From the NCBI RefSeq assembly GCF_018420025.1, contig NZ_JAEDAM010000008.1:6451-38450 (forward strand): 32,000 bases of DNA, given 5' to 3'. Position numbers and translations under genes: made by a program. A model generated the notes under the pieces. The model was given only the letters and a program-made list of their open reading frames with translations. It was not told the origin of the DNA and ran no database searches. Below are positions 21,560 through 31,998 of this stretch, in pieces; the first letter of the stretch is position 1, and each line of letters starts with the position of its first letter. The DNA is from Candidatus Vampirococcus lugosii. Lineage in GTDB: Bacteria > Patescibacteriota > Gracilibacteria > Absconditabacterales > Absconditicoccaceae.

Positions 21560-23443
21560 ATGCAAAACAATATAACAAAATTTACAAACCTACTTTCTAT
21601 TATCTTCCTAACTTGTCTAGGATTACTTGCTTTTCATAGCATATTTTGACAAGCTATTTTTTGATTTGATTTAACTAGTTACAGCTTTTGAGAATCTATT
21701 TTAAACTTACTTAAAAATCTTCAATATCCTTTAGTTATACTAGCTATATCTGTTTGAGCTTTGCTTTTTTATAGTAATAGGGAGAAGATTGAGAGTATTG
21801 AGGAGGAGCAAGAAAATGAGTTTCTTGAAGAAGAAAGGAAAAAAAGTGAGTTTGGGAGTAAGTTTCCTGTGATTAGTAGGATTCCTTTGATAAATTGGAT
21901 TGTGAAGTGGATGTATAAAGAGGGGTGGAAGTATAGTTTGGGGTTGGTTGGAATTTTAGTTTTAGCATTTATATTAAGATATATAAATTTAACTATTCTT
22001 GATCCATACAGTGATGAACCTGCACATCTTATTGCTGGTTATAATTTATTGCAAAATTGATTTGCTGAATATACTAGAGCTTTATTAGTAAGTTACAGTG
22101 TAGCATTTTTTTATTGGTTATGAAATGCATCAAGTTTTTATGAATATTTATATTGGTGAAGATTACCGTGAATAATTTTTTCATCACTTACAATAATACC
22201 ATTATATTTTTTAGCTAAAAAAATAAATAAACCTATTGCAATTATTACTATATCACTTTGGGCTATATCACCTTGGTCTATATGAGTAGCAAAATCTATA
22301 AGGGAATATGCTTTTTATCCATTTTTTGTATTAATATTTATACTTATTTGTATTAAATTTTTTGAAAATATATTTAAATGAATATTTAATAAAACAACTA
22401 TTTTTTCATGATGATTTATTTTAAGTTTCTTATATTATGTTCTGAAAATTGATACATTATCTACTTTAAAAATTTCACTATTAATTTTTGTTTCCATTTT
22501 ATGATTTTTTATAATTAAAAATTATAAAAAAGTATTTAACTTTATAAAAAATATTAAATCAAATAAAATAATTGCATCAATATTTTACATCTCTATATTA
22601 TTATTATTTTGATATATTATTTATTATGTCTTATGATCTTCACATGTAAATTTTGCATTAGAATTTAATAAAAATTATTTTAATATATTTTTAGATTGAA
22701 ATATATCATCTCCAATTCACTGGTGGAACTGATTAGAATGATATAAGTATATTTCTTATTTTTTGATTTTTTGAGCTGTATTATATTCAATATATTATAA
22801 AAAATATTATTTATTATTTATTTTAACTATATTTATTATATTAATATTCTTTTATACATTTTTATTTGATAGATATTATAAACCTAGATACATATTTTAT
22901 GTATTACCTTTTTTTACAATTTTGATTTCAACTTGAGTTTATGGATTTTACAGTTTTGTAAAATCTGCTATTTTCAAAGGAGGATTATGTAAAAAGTATA
23001 TTTCAACAGCAATTATTTTAATATTTATATTGTCTATTATTAAACCTACAAATACATTATATCCTATAACTTCAGATGAACATTGATATGTAAAAACTAC
23101 AAATGAGTATCATGATAGATTAAAAAATGCTATAAAACTTTTAGAAAATAGAATTGAAGAAAATGATGTTTTTATAAATACAATAATGTCTTCAACTCTT
23201 GAATTAGCTTTTTGAGTTGATGAAAATAACCGTTATAGATATTCTTATAAAGATGAAGATAGATTTAAAAAAGTTGATGAGATAATTGCAAATAATAATC
23301 AATGATTTATAATTTTGGACTGAAGAAGAAATGGTTATTGGGCTGAGTGATATCCTAAAGATGAATGATTTTATTCTAATGATACTTGGGTAAAAGTCTT
23401 AATGAATAAAGATTGAATTCAAATATATAGATGGAAATACTAA
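21560..23443 (+). CDS. Polytopic membrane glycosyltransferase, GT39/GT83 (PMT/ArnT)-like, with a 117-codon N-terminal extension (627 aa)
   Basis: There are more than 10 predicted TM helices. The first periplasmic loop carries DPYSDEPAHLIAGYNL (the DE motif of PMT_2/ArnT-type enzymes). A soluble C-terminal domain follows. Canonical family members would start near MYKEGWKYSLGLVGILVLAFILRYINL (about 21911). Confidence 0.5.
21581..21641 (+). repeat. Direct repeat, right copy (61 bp), inside the 5' end of the intact GT39-like gene
   Basis: See 19871-19931. The two copies are 1710 bp apart. Confidence 0.9.
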
Positions 23444-23516
23444 CAAAAACAACTGGATAAAAATAGTAAAAGTTAATAAAAAAGACTTGATTGAGTATTA
23501 ATTTACTTCAAAATAT

Positions 23517-24893
23517 TTAAATATAATCAAATTTCACAATATTTTTTATGTCAAAAATAGCAAATCATATTTTTATATTTTTATCTAGAAATTTTTGATT
23601 TTTATTTAGAAATAAAGAAACATTATTTTTTAACTGATTTATTTCTGATTGATTTATTCTATTTTCGTTTAGTTTACATTCCAAAAATACAATATTTTCT
23701 TTTTCATCTGTATAAATTATATCTATTTCATTGTTTTTTCTATCAAGCCAGGTTCATATTTTGGTAAAAGTAAAATCAAGATTTCATTTTTTATTTTCTA
23801 AAATCAAAAAATCTTTTACTAACTTTTCAAATTTAAATCATTTGTATTTTTCAAAATCTTTCAAAACATTTTCCAAAACCAAATCATAAAGTCATAATTC
23901 AAATTTATCTTTATTTGAATAAATATACTTAAACCAAAACTCTATAAAATTATCTTTAATTTTGTATTTACTTATATTTTTTTTGCTTTCCAAAAATGGA
24001 TAATCCACTTCTATGATATCATAAATATCTATAAGTTCTTTTAAATATAAATCAATTTCTCAAGTTCAAAGTCATACTTGATCCATTATTTCATTTCTTT
24101 TGTTTTTTCAAACAGAAATAGCTTCTATAATAGCAAAAAATCTTTTATATTTCATACCAAATTCTTCTATCAAAATTTCTTTTCATTCATTTTTAAATAA
24201 TGCAAACTCATCAAAAAATAAGTCTTTTAATATTTGATTTAACTCATATTTATCATAATTTTCTCTATAAATAGATTTTAAATAATAAGCAATTCAACCA
24301 AAAATAGAATAAATATCAAGTAATATTTGATGATTATAATTTTTTCCAAAAATGTCTTTTAGTATCTCTACTTGAGTATCTAAATCAAACTCTTTGATAA
24401 ACAAGTTAAAAGTAGCTCTTTTATAAAGTGGTTCTTTTGAGTTTTCAAAGATTTTTATCATAAGACTTTGTAAACTTCCAAGTACTATTATTTTTTTATT
24501 TGATTTGTTTTGATATTGGTCAATTTTCTTTTGAAAAATAGAAAAAATTGATTTATCAACATTATTAAAATTTTGAAACTCATCTATTACAAGTAAATTT
24601 AAATCAGATTGTAAAAAGAAAAAATCCAAAAAATCTTCTATAGTTTCAAAATTGTATTTTAATCAAGTTTTTTCATAGATATATTTTTCTTGTTTTTGCA
24701 AAAAAACTTTTAGATCTGATTTTTCTACAAATATATAATAAAAATCTTTTTGTAAAATGTTGTTATTTAAGTGAGTTATAAGTTCTGTTTTTCAGACTCT
24801 TCTTTTTCCAAGTAAATAAATAAACTCAAAATTATTTGAAGTTATTTTTTGTGATAAAATTTTTATTTCTTTTTCTCTATTATAAAATTTCAT
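23517..24893 (-). CDS. AAA+ ATPase of the Arch_ATPase/DUF234 type (458 aa)
   Basis: FYNREKEIKIL...FIYLLGKRRVGKTELI (Walker A), LLVIDEFQNF (Walker B), and a C-terminal DUF234-like nuclease-fold segment WLDRKNNEIDIIYTDEKENIVFLECK. Confidence 0.7.
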
Positions 24894-24954
24894 TTTTTAT
24901 GAATTATAGTATAAATTATTTATAGTATAATTATTTTATATTATAATACAAGTT

Positions 24955-26190
24955 TTATTTTAAACTCTTTCTAACTTCCCAAGCATTCAATAAAAAGTAT
25001 GGTAAATAAGAAAATGTAGTTCATATACTTGCTCATATAGCTCAATAATTTGGTATTAAATATAAATTTAAAGATATATTTACTATTATTCATATTCAAA
25101 CAAATATAGCTCTCTTGTTTGCTTTTCAGTTATAATCTAAAAAATTTCATAATAATAAAGTATTAATCATAAAAAATAAATAAATACTAAGTATTTGCAA
25201 TATAACAATACTTCATATATATTCTTGTCAAAATATGATAGGAACTAAAAAGGGTGATAAAAAAAATATTCAAAGCAATATTGGTAAAAATATCAGATTA
25301 TTTATCTTGATAGTTTTGATAAAAAGTTTTTTTAGTTCTTGTTTATTCTCTTGATTATATTTGGCAAATATGGGCATTACTCCCATAGCAATAGCCATAG
25401 TAATATGTGGTAATTTGATAATAATTTGTTTTGCAATAGCATAAACTCATACTTCTTCACTACTTGATAATATCCCTAGCATCAAAACATCTATTTCGGT
25501 AAAAACTAAAAATCCTAAACTTATAAAAAGTAAAGGTAAACTATAATTAAATATTTCTTTATAATAAGTGTTTTTTGACTCTCAAAGATTTTTATAAAAC
25601 ACAAAATAAGTTATGGCAAATCATACTATACTACTAACAATTAAAGCTACCAAAAAAGATCAAGTAATATTTAGTAAACTTTCACTAAATAGTAAAAATA
25701 TAACTACTAAAATAAATTTAAGTCAATGTTCTATAAAATTTACTATAAAATTATATTTAATCCTATGTAGTCACATAAAAATAGATTTTGTAAATTCTGT
25801 AATTCATGCAAAAAATATTAATAAAGTTCAAAGTAGCCATAAATTTGATAATTCTGGTTTGTTAAATAAGTTTATAAGTGGAAAATATAGTATCAAAAAA
25901 AGTAATGCAAATCACAAACTAAAAATCAGTCTTAGATTTAGTCAATTTTTGATAATATTTTTTATTTCTCAAGTTCAATTATGTTGTGCTATAAATTTTT
26001 TGGTACTTGCATTGATTCCAAAAAATGAGATAGTCCAAAATATAGTTATAAAAGAAAGAAAAAAAGACCATAAACCAAAAGTTTCTGGTCATAACTTTCT
26101 AGCTAAAAAAATATTTAATCAAAAAAAAAGTCAAAATGTAACTATTTTTGTTAAAAAAGACCAAACAATTTCTTTTTTAAGTTTTTTCAT
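24955..26190 (-). CDS. wzx: Oligosaccharide/polysaccharide flippase, Wzx/MOP superfamily (411 aa)
   Basis: The protein has about 12 TM helices. The N-terminus KKEIVWSFLTKIVTFGLFFGLNIFLARKLGPETFGLWSF is typical of Wzx/RfbX flippases. The 198-aa standard-code ORF on the plus strand is its antisense shadow. Confidence 0.7.
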
Positions 26191-26193
26191 AAA

Positions 26194-27093
26194 TTATTTT
26201 TTCCAATGAGATAAATCTCTATTTAAAAATTTTTCTAAATTTTCTATATCTTCAATAAAATATTTTTTTAATTTTTCTTTTGTGTTTTTATCTATTTCTG
26301 GATAAGTGTATTCTTGTAGATTCTTTTCCCTAATTTTATTTAGCATTTTTCTAATTCATAATTTTCAAATGAAATCAGTTATAAATCTAAGTTTTATTTT
26401 TTCTAAGAAATCTGGTGTTTTAAATAAAAAAGAAAGAATTTTAGATAAAAATATATTTTTTCTTTTTTTTGATGAATTAGATTTTTTAGAAATATTTTTA
26501 AATTTAAATTTATTATTAATATTTAAAAAAATACATAATTCTTTTAAAACTTTTTCAGGTTTAAATTTAATATCTTCAAAAAAAAGAATTTTTATATTTT
26601 CTTTTGGAAATATTGAAAAATAATTTGACAAATATTTATAATATTTTCATCTTTCTAAATATTCTATAGGATTTTTTTCAATAGCTTCTTCAAATGTTTT
26701 AGATTTTTCTGAATTATTTAATTGTTCTTTTAAATAAAAATATGCAGAATAAGCTCTATCAATAGGATTTCTCAATACTACAATAATTTTAATATTAGAG
26801 TTATGTTTATAAATTCTTTCTGCAACTAATTGTTCATTCATATAAGATACACTAAATTCTCATAATTTTTGTTTTTTGTTTGCAAATTTAAAAAAAGTTT
26901 TATAATAATTATTTCCTTTTAAATATCTTTTTGTAGAAGGTTTAGAAAAATGAGAAAAATCATTAAAAAACTGTATTTCTTTTATATTAGGTATGAAAAT
27001 TTCTGGATGTTGTTTAAGCATGTTTACAACCCATGTTGTTCAAGCTTTATGTGCTCATATTCAAATAAAGTCTAACTTAAAATCTTCTTTCAT
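26194..27093 (-). CDS. PAPS-dependent sulfotransferase family protein (299 aa)
   Basis: A 5'-PSB-like loop FIGIGAHKAGTTW and a 3'-PB-like VVLRNPIDRAYSAYFY are present. The stop lies 3 nt from the wzx ATG. Confidence 0.7.
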
Positions 27094-27097
27094 TTTA

Positions 27098-28174
27098 TTA
27101 TAAATTATTATATAAATTATTTAACTCAACTAAATATTTTTCTAAACTATATTTTCTTACTTCTTCTAATCAATTTTTAATCAAATCATTTCTTAAATTT
27201 AAATCTTCATACAACTTTATAATACTTTTTATTAAATCTTCAACATTTTGTTTTTCAAATAACAAAGAATTTTTATTATCCATCATTATTTCATTAATTC
27301 AAGATATATTTGAAGCTACTAATGGTATTCATATTCAATTTACTTCTAATATAGTCATTGGTAAAGCCTCTCTATGACTTGGAAAAACAAAACAATCTAA
27401 AATATTATAAAAACTCACCATATTATTTACATATCAAATATATTGAATATTTGAAATTCATTTTATTTCTTCTAAAAGTTTCTCTTTATCTGGTCAATCT
27501 CCAGCTACTAAAAACTTTATATCATATCATTTTTTTATCAAATTTTTTGCAGAATTTACAAATTCTTTCCATCATTTTGCCTCATTTAATCTACTAGCAA
27601 ATCAAATAACAAAATCATTTTTATCAAGTGAATATTTTTTTCTTTCAGTTTCTATGTCAAAATTTTCTATTTTTTTAAATTTATCTAAATCTACAAAATT
27701 GTATAATACTTTTACCTTATTATTATCATATTTAGTTTTTTGTAGTATTGCTTTTTTGATAGCATTTGAAACAGCAATATATAAATTAACTTTATTTTTA
27801 AATAAATTCATAAAAAAAGGATATATTTTTCAATCATTAAAAATTGCTCAATGTTCATGTAAAACAAGTTTAATATTTGGGAAAAATAAAGTTTTCAGAA
27901 CTCATCACATTATTTGAGATTTTGCAAGATGACAATGCAGTATTTCAATATTATTTTCTTTTATAAATTTTCTTAATTTGAATAATGGAAAAGAAAATTT
28001 ATTCTTAGAATCATATGTAAAAACATTTTGATGGTCTATTTCAATATTTATATCTCTTTTTCTCAAAGCATAAAGAAAAATATTTGAATTATTTTTTTGT
28101 TTTTCAAATATTCATTTTACAACTGTTTGAGTTCAACCTAATCACAATGTATCAACCATATGTAAAATTTTCAT
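27098..28174 (-). CDS. Glycosyltransferase family 4 (GT-B), 358 aa
   Basis: MKILHMVDTLGLGGTQ...FVFPSHREALPMTILEVNGIGIPLVASNISGINEIMMDNKNSLLFE carries the E-x7-E / GT1_4 C-terminal signature. Confidence 0.8.
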
Positions 28175-29502
28175 TACTTCACTTTACTTATAAAATATAA
28201 ATATTTTCAATTATCTAAGGATAAAATATCTTCTTGAATAATAAAATTAATTTCAACATCATCACCTAAAATAATTAACAACTTATCTTTTAATATTTTA
28301 GATTCTTTATTCCAATCATATTTGTCATTAATAACTACTTTTATATTTATTATTTTTCTAGTCTCTTGTATAAATTGATATTTTTTTATTGAATATAATC
28401 AATAAAAAGATGTTGTAAGTGCTGTTGAATCAAATGTTCATTTTTTAGTTTTTATTAAAGTTCAAACTCTACCTTCTATTCTTTTTATCTCAAATTCATT
28501 TTCTGACCTTATTCATATATCTCAAATTTCATACCTAATCAAAGGCATTGAAAAATTATTTAAAGTTGTTATATAAATTTTTCAATTTTCTCAAGGCTTT
28601 ACTGGATTTAAATTATGATCCAATATTTCTGCATAATTTTGTAAAATATTTATTTCTAGGTTTTCATTTCAATCTCTACTACAAGCAATATCTCAAACCT
28701 CTCTACTTCAATACCTATTTATAATTTTACAATTAAAAACTTCTTTTATAAGTTCTTCCATATCTGGATATAGAGTTCATGCAGAAGTAAGAATTCATCA
28801 TTTTGGAGAATAAACATCTAAATCATTTTCTTTTATAAATTTTGCAAGTTCATAAATAGATGAAACATAAGCCTCTATAACTTTTGGTTTAAATGAATTA
28901 ATAGTTTTTACATATTCTTTCATATTTTCTTCTGTCATTTTAAAACTATTACATTCAACTCTATTATAAAGCCAATTTTGTAATCTTTTTGCTAAAGTTT
29001 CTTTTTAAACAAGTAAATCTCTTTCTGATCACCAAAGTCTAAGTTCTTTTTCTCAAATATCTTTATTTAAAAAAGTCATAAAATAAAACTTTGTAGCAAC
29101 TTTCCAATCTTGTAAAACATTATCTTGAATAAATTTTACAGGCTCTCATGTACTTCATCAAGATGTATTTTCAAAAGTCTTTCTATTATTTTTAGATTTG
29201 TCTTGTAAATTATCAAACTCTTTTCTTAAGATTTCTTTATTTGTAATAGGAAGATTTTTAAAATTTTCTAAATTTACTTCTAGCTTTTCATTTACTAATT
29301 CATATTTTTCTAAAATATTTTTATAGTAAGTAATATTTTTATAACTATAAATTAATATTTTTTTTAATTTTTCATTTTTTAGGTTTCTCTTTTCTTTATT
29401 TGAAAGTTTATCAGTATTTTTAATTTCCTTAAAATAATCATAACTTTTTTGTCATGAAATTTTTAATAAAAATAAGATAATATATTTTCTCCAGTTTAGC
29501 AT
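28174..29502 (-). pseudogene. CapK/PaaK-like adenylate-forming ligase (capsule biosynthesis type) interrupted by one in-frame TAA (codon 166)
   Basis: The AMP-binding signature TSGGSTGEPVKFIQD is followed by ...ELRLWGSERDLLV-TAA-KETLAKRLQNWLYNR... in the same frame (TAA = plus-strand tta 29005-29007). The rest is open to TAA 28174-28176, which overlaps the GT4 ATG (TAATG). Confidence 0.65.
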
Positions 29503-29519
29503 AATTTTTTTATAAATTA

Positions 29520-29624
29520 TTAAATTTTAATTTTATTCTTTATATAATCAATAATATCTTTTGTTTTTAAAAAAGCTTTTCACTTTCTTTTAAATATCTC
29601 ATAATAATATTTTTTTGTTGTCAT
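29520..29624 (-). CDS. Possible small ORF (34 aa) MTTKKYYYEIFKRKGKAFLKTKDIIDYIKNKIKI; may be a gene remnant
   Basis: Its first 13 codons and upstream leader are conserved with 30822-30887. No family recognised. Confidence 0.2.
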
Positions 29625-29646
29625 AGTGGTTAAGTTAAAGGTTAAA
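29586..29646 (-). repeat. Conserved 61-bp block, copy 1
   Basis: tcttttaaatatctcataata(a/g)tatt(t/g)ttttgttgtcata...ttaaaggttaaa is shared with 30849-30909. Confidence 0.8.
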
Positions 29647-29681
29647 ATGGAAAATTTTTCTCCAGCCAATGGTTGGATTAT

Positions 29682-30710
29682 TTAATCCAATAAATTCATC
29701 TCTCTTTCTATTTCTTCAAGTGTTGGAAGCAATCATTTCAAATCTTCTGGTAAATCTTCTTTTGTGATATAAGAAGCAACTCATATAGGTTTATTGACAT
29801 CTTTTAGTGCATATTCTACTATTAACCTATTTTTGTCTTTACAAAGAATTATTCAAATAGGTAAATTTTCTCATTCTATCATATCTTGTTTTTCAAGAGC
29901 AGATAAGTACATATTCATCTTTCAAGTATATTCAGATTTGAAATTCCCAGCTTTTAGTTCTATAACAACAAAACATTTTAATTTTCTATGATATAAAAGC
30001 AAATCAATATAAAAATCTTCTCATCAAATTTCAAGTTTTACTTGTCTTCAAACAAAACTAAAATAAGTTCAAAAATTTTTCAGAGTTTTTTCTATTGAAG
30101 TAACCAAAAGATCTTCCAAAGTTTTTTCCAAAAAAGGTTCCTCCAATGAAAGCAGACTAAAATCATAACTATCTTTTACAAGCAAAGATAAATCTCAATT
30201 ATTTTTTAAATCAGGTAGAGTTTCATCAAAATTTGTTTGTCTCAAAGCCCATTTTTCAAAAGCTTTAAAATTAAGCTGTTTTTCAAGTTCTCTTTTGCTC
30301 CATCTTTCTCTTATGGACATTTTTATATAAAACTCTTTTCTTAAATCATCTTTTCAATCTCAGTAATTTGTTTTATCTAATATAAAAATATGATGACTCC
30401 ATGATATTTGTGCAACCAGTGGTTGCATTTTTAGATTATCTTTATATGAAATATATAATTTTTTCATATATAAAAGATTTCTTTTAGAAAAACCTCTTCT
30501 AAATTCAGCTTCTAAATCTTTGCTAAGTTTTCAAATAATATCATCTCACCATTTAGCTTTTTCTTGTTTTTCTATGATAGATTTTCAAATATTCCAGTAA
30601 AGATGTATAAGTTCTTTATTTACTGACTTTAAAGCATTATTTCTTGCTTGTAATATATTTTGCTTAATCTCTATTAAGAAATTTTTATAATCATTTGAAA
30701 TTTTTGTCAT
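29682..30710 (-). CDS. DUF1016/YhcG-type PD-(D/E)XK nuclease, paralog A (342 aa)
   Basis: N-terminal helical domain LYWNIGKSIIEKQEKAKWGDDIIGKLSKDL...ISWSHHIFIL. C-terminal nuclease core FSFVGRQVKLEIGGEDFYIDLLLYHRKLKCFVVIELKAGNF...GKMNMYL...PIGIILC. Confidence 0.75.
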
Positions 30711-30795
30711 AATAATATTTTTTCATTATTAAATCTTATCCCTTATAATTATTTTTTATGATTTTTAAAGTTAAAAAAGATTAATTACAAAAAGT
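30711..30795 (-). repeat. Conserved 85-bp upstream (promoter/leader) region, copy 1
   Basis: By my hand alignment it is about 90% identical to 31913-31998 (a few mismatches and one indel), starting immediately 5' of the nuclease ATG. Confidence 0.85.
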
Positions 30796-30821
30796 CTTGT
30801 AAAAACTTTATATCAATTTTG

Positions 30822-30887
30822 TTAAATCAAAAAATCTTTTTTCATAGATCTTTTAAATATCTCATAATAGTATTGTTTTGTTGTCAT
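30822..30887 (-). CDS. Possible small ORF (21 aa) MTTKQYYYEIFKRSMKKDFLI; a truncated homolog of 29520-29624
   Basis: It shares its start and first 13 codons with the other copy and then diverges. Confidence 0.15.
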   Translation of the reverse strand: MTTKQYYYEIFKRSMKKDFLI

Positions 30888-30909
30888 AAGGATTTTATTA
30901 AAGGTTAAA
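30849..30909 (-). repeat. Conserved 61-bp block, copy 2 (contains the stop codon of paralog B)
   Basis: See 29586-29646. Confidence 0.8.
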
Positions 30910-31912
30910 GATTTTCTAACTGTCTTTTAAAGTCTTCTTTTTTTGGTAAATAAAGATTATACTCTTTTGCAAAAATCATATTTTCTCATTCTGGAAGAGT
31001 GTATTCAACAACAATATCATTTTTTTCTTTACATAGAAGTATTCAAATAGTTTTATTTTCAAAATTTTGTTTTATTTCTCTATCATAATAATTCACATAC
31101 ATTTGCATTTGTCATATATCACCATGAGTTATTTTTCAGATTTTTAGATCTATCAAAACAAAACATTTAAGTAGTCTATTATAAAAAACTAAATCTACAT
31201 AAAAATGATCTACTCCAGCTGAAAATCTCTTTTGTCTTCATACAAAAGTAAATCATTTACCAAGTTCTAGTAAAAATGTTTCTAAATTATTTATAATAGC
31301 TGTTTCAAGCTCTGTTTCTGAATATGATGATCTTTCCTCTAATCATAAAAACTCCAAAATATATGGATCTTTTAAAACATCATTATAGTTTTCTATAATT
31401 TGTCATTTTTTAGATAATTCCAAAACTCACTTTTTATCTTTACTAAGTGTAAGTCTTTCATAAAGTGATGAATTTATTTGTCTATCAAGCTCTCTTACTG
31501 ACCAGCTATTTTCTATAGTTTCTATTATATAAAAACTTCTTTCATTTTCATCTCTAACGGATAATAGTCTTACTATATGAGTCCAAGATAATTTCCTCAT
31601 CAGTGATGAGGATTTTTCAAAATCTGGAAAATAAGTATAGAAATACCTCATTCTTTCTATATTTTGCACAGAAAAACCTTTTCAAAACTCTTTTGTTAAA
31701 TCTTTTGATAATTTTTTTAATAATTCTTTTCAATATTCAGCTCTTTTTTCTCATTTTTGCTCATATTCAACTATATATTTTCAAATACTAAAATATGTTT
31801 CTACTAAAATAGTATTTACTAAATTTATTGCTTTTTGTTTATTATTAGAAACTATTTTTCAAATCTCTTTTATAAGCATACTGTAATCGTTATTTGAAGA
31901 TATATTTGTCAT
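30905..31912 (-). CDS. DUF1016/YhcG-type PD-(D/E)XK nuclease, paralog B (335 aa)
   Basis: YFSIGKYIVEYEQKGEKRAEYGKELLKKLSKDL...LSWTHIVRLL, followed by FTFVGRQKRFSAGVDHFYVDLVFYNRLLKCFVLIDLKIGKI...GQMQMYV...TIGILLC. It absorbs the 80-aa standard-code ORF 31427-31669. Confidence 0.75.
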
Positions 31913-31998
31913 AATAATATTTTTTCATTATTAAATTTTAATTCTTTATAATTATTTTTTATTATTTTTAAAGTTAAAGAAGATTAATTACAAAAAGT
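31913..31998 (-). repeat. Conserved upstream region, copy 2 (runs to the window edge)
   Basis: See 30711-30795. Confidence 0.85.

Noticed and set aside
19855-21641. Classical IS element, transposon or prophage as the explanation for the repeat-flanked cassette
   Set aside because: No transposase, integrase or terminal inverted repeats are recognisable between or next to the direct repeats. At 61+ bp the repeats are far longer than target-site duplications. For that reason the cassette is reported only as a recombination footprint of unknown mechanism.
25613-26209. Longest standard-code ORF in the window (198 aa, plus strand)
   Set aside because: It has a low-complexity K/N/I/S-rich sequence with no recognisable motif. 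The opposite strand, read with TGA=Gly, gives a complete 12-TM Wzx-type flippase (24955-26190) that fits the surrounding operon. The plus-strand ORF is an antisense shadow, made possible because minus-strand TGA codons appear as tca on the plus strand.
26306-27917. Standard-code plus-strand ORFs 26306-26623, 27358-27597 and 27654-27917
   Set aside because: All are antisense to the sulfotransferase and GT4 genes, whose minus-strand translations carry clear family motifs. The plus-strand products are F/L/I/N-rich with no recognisable motif.
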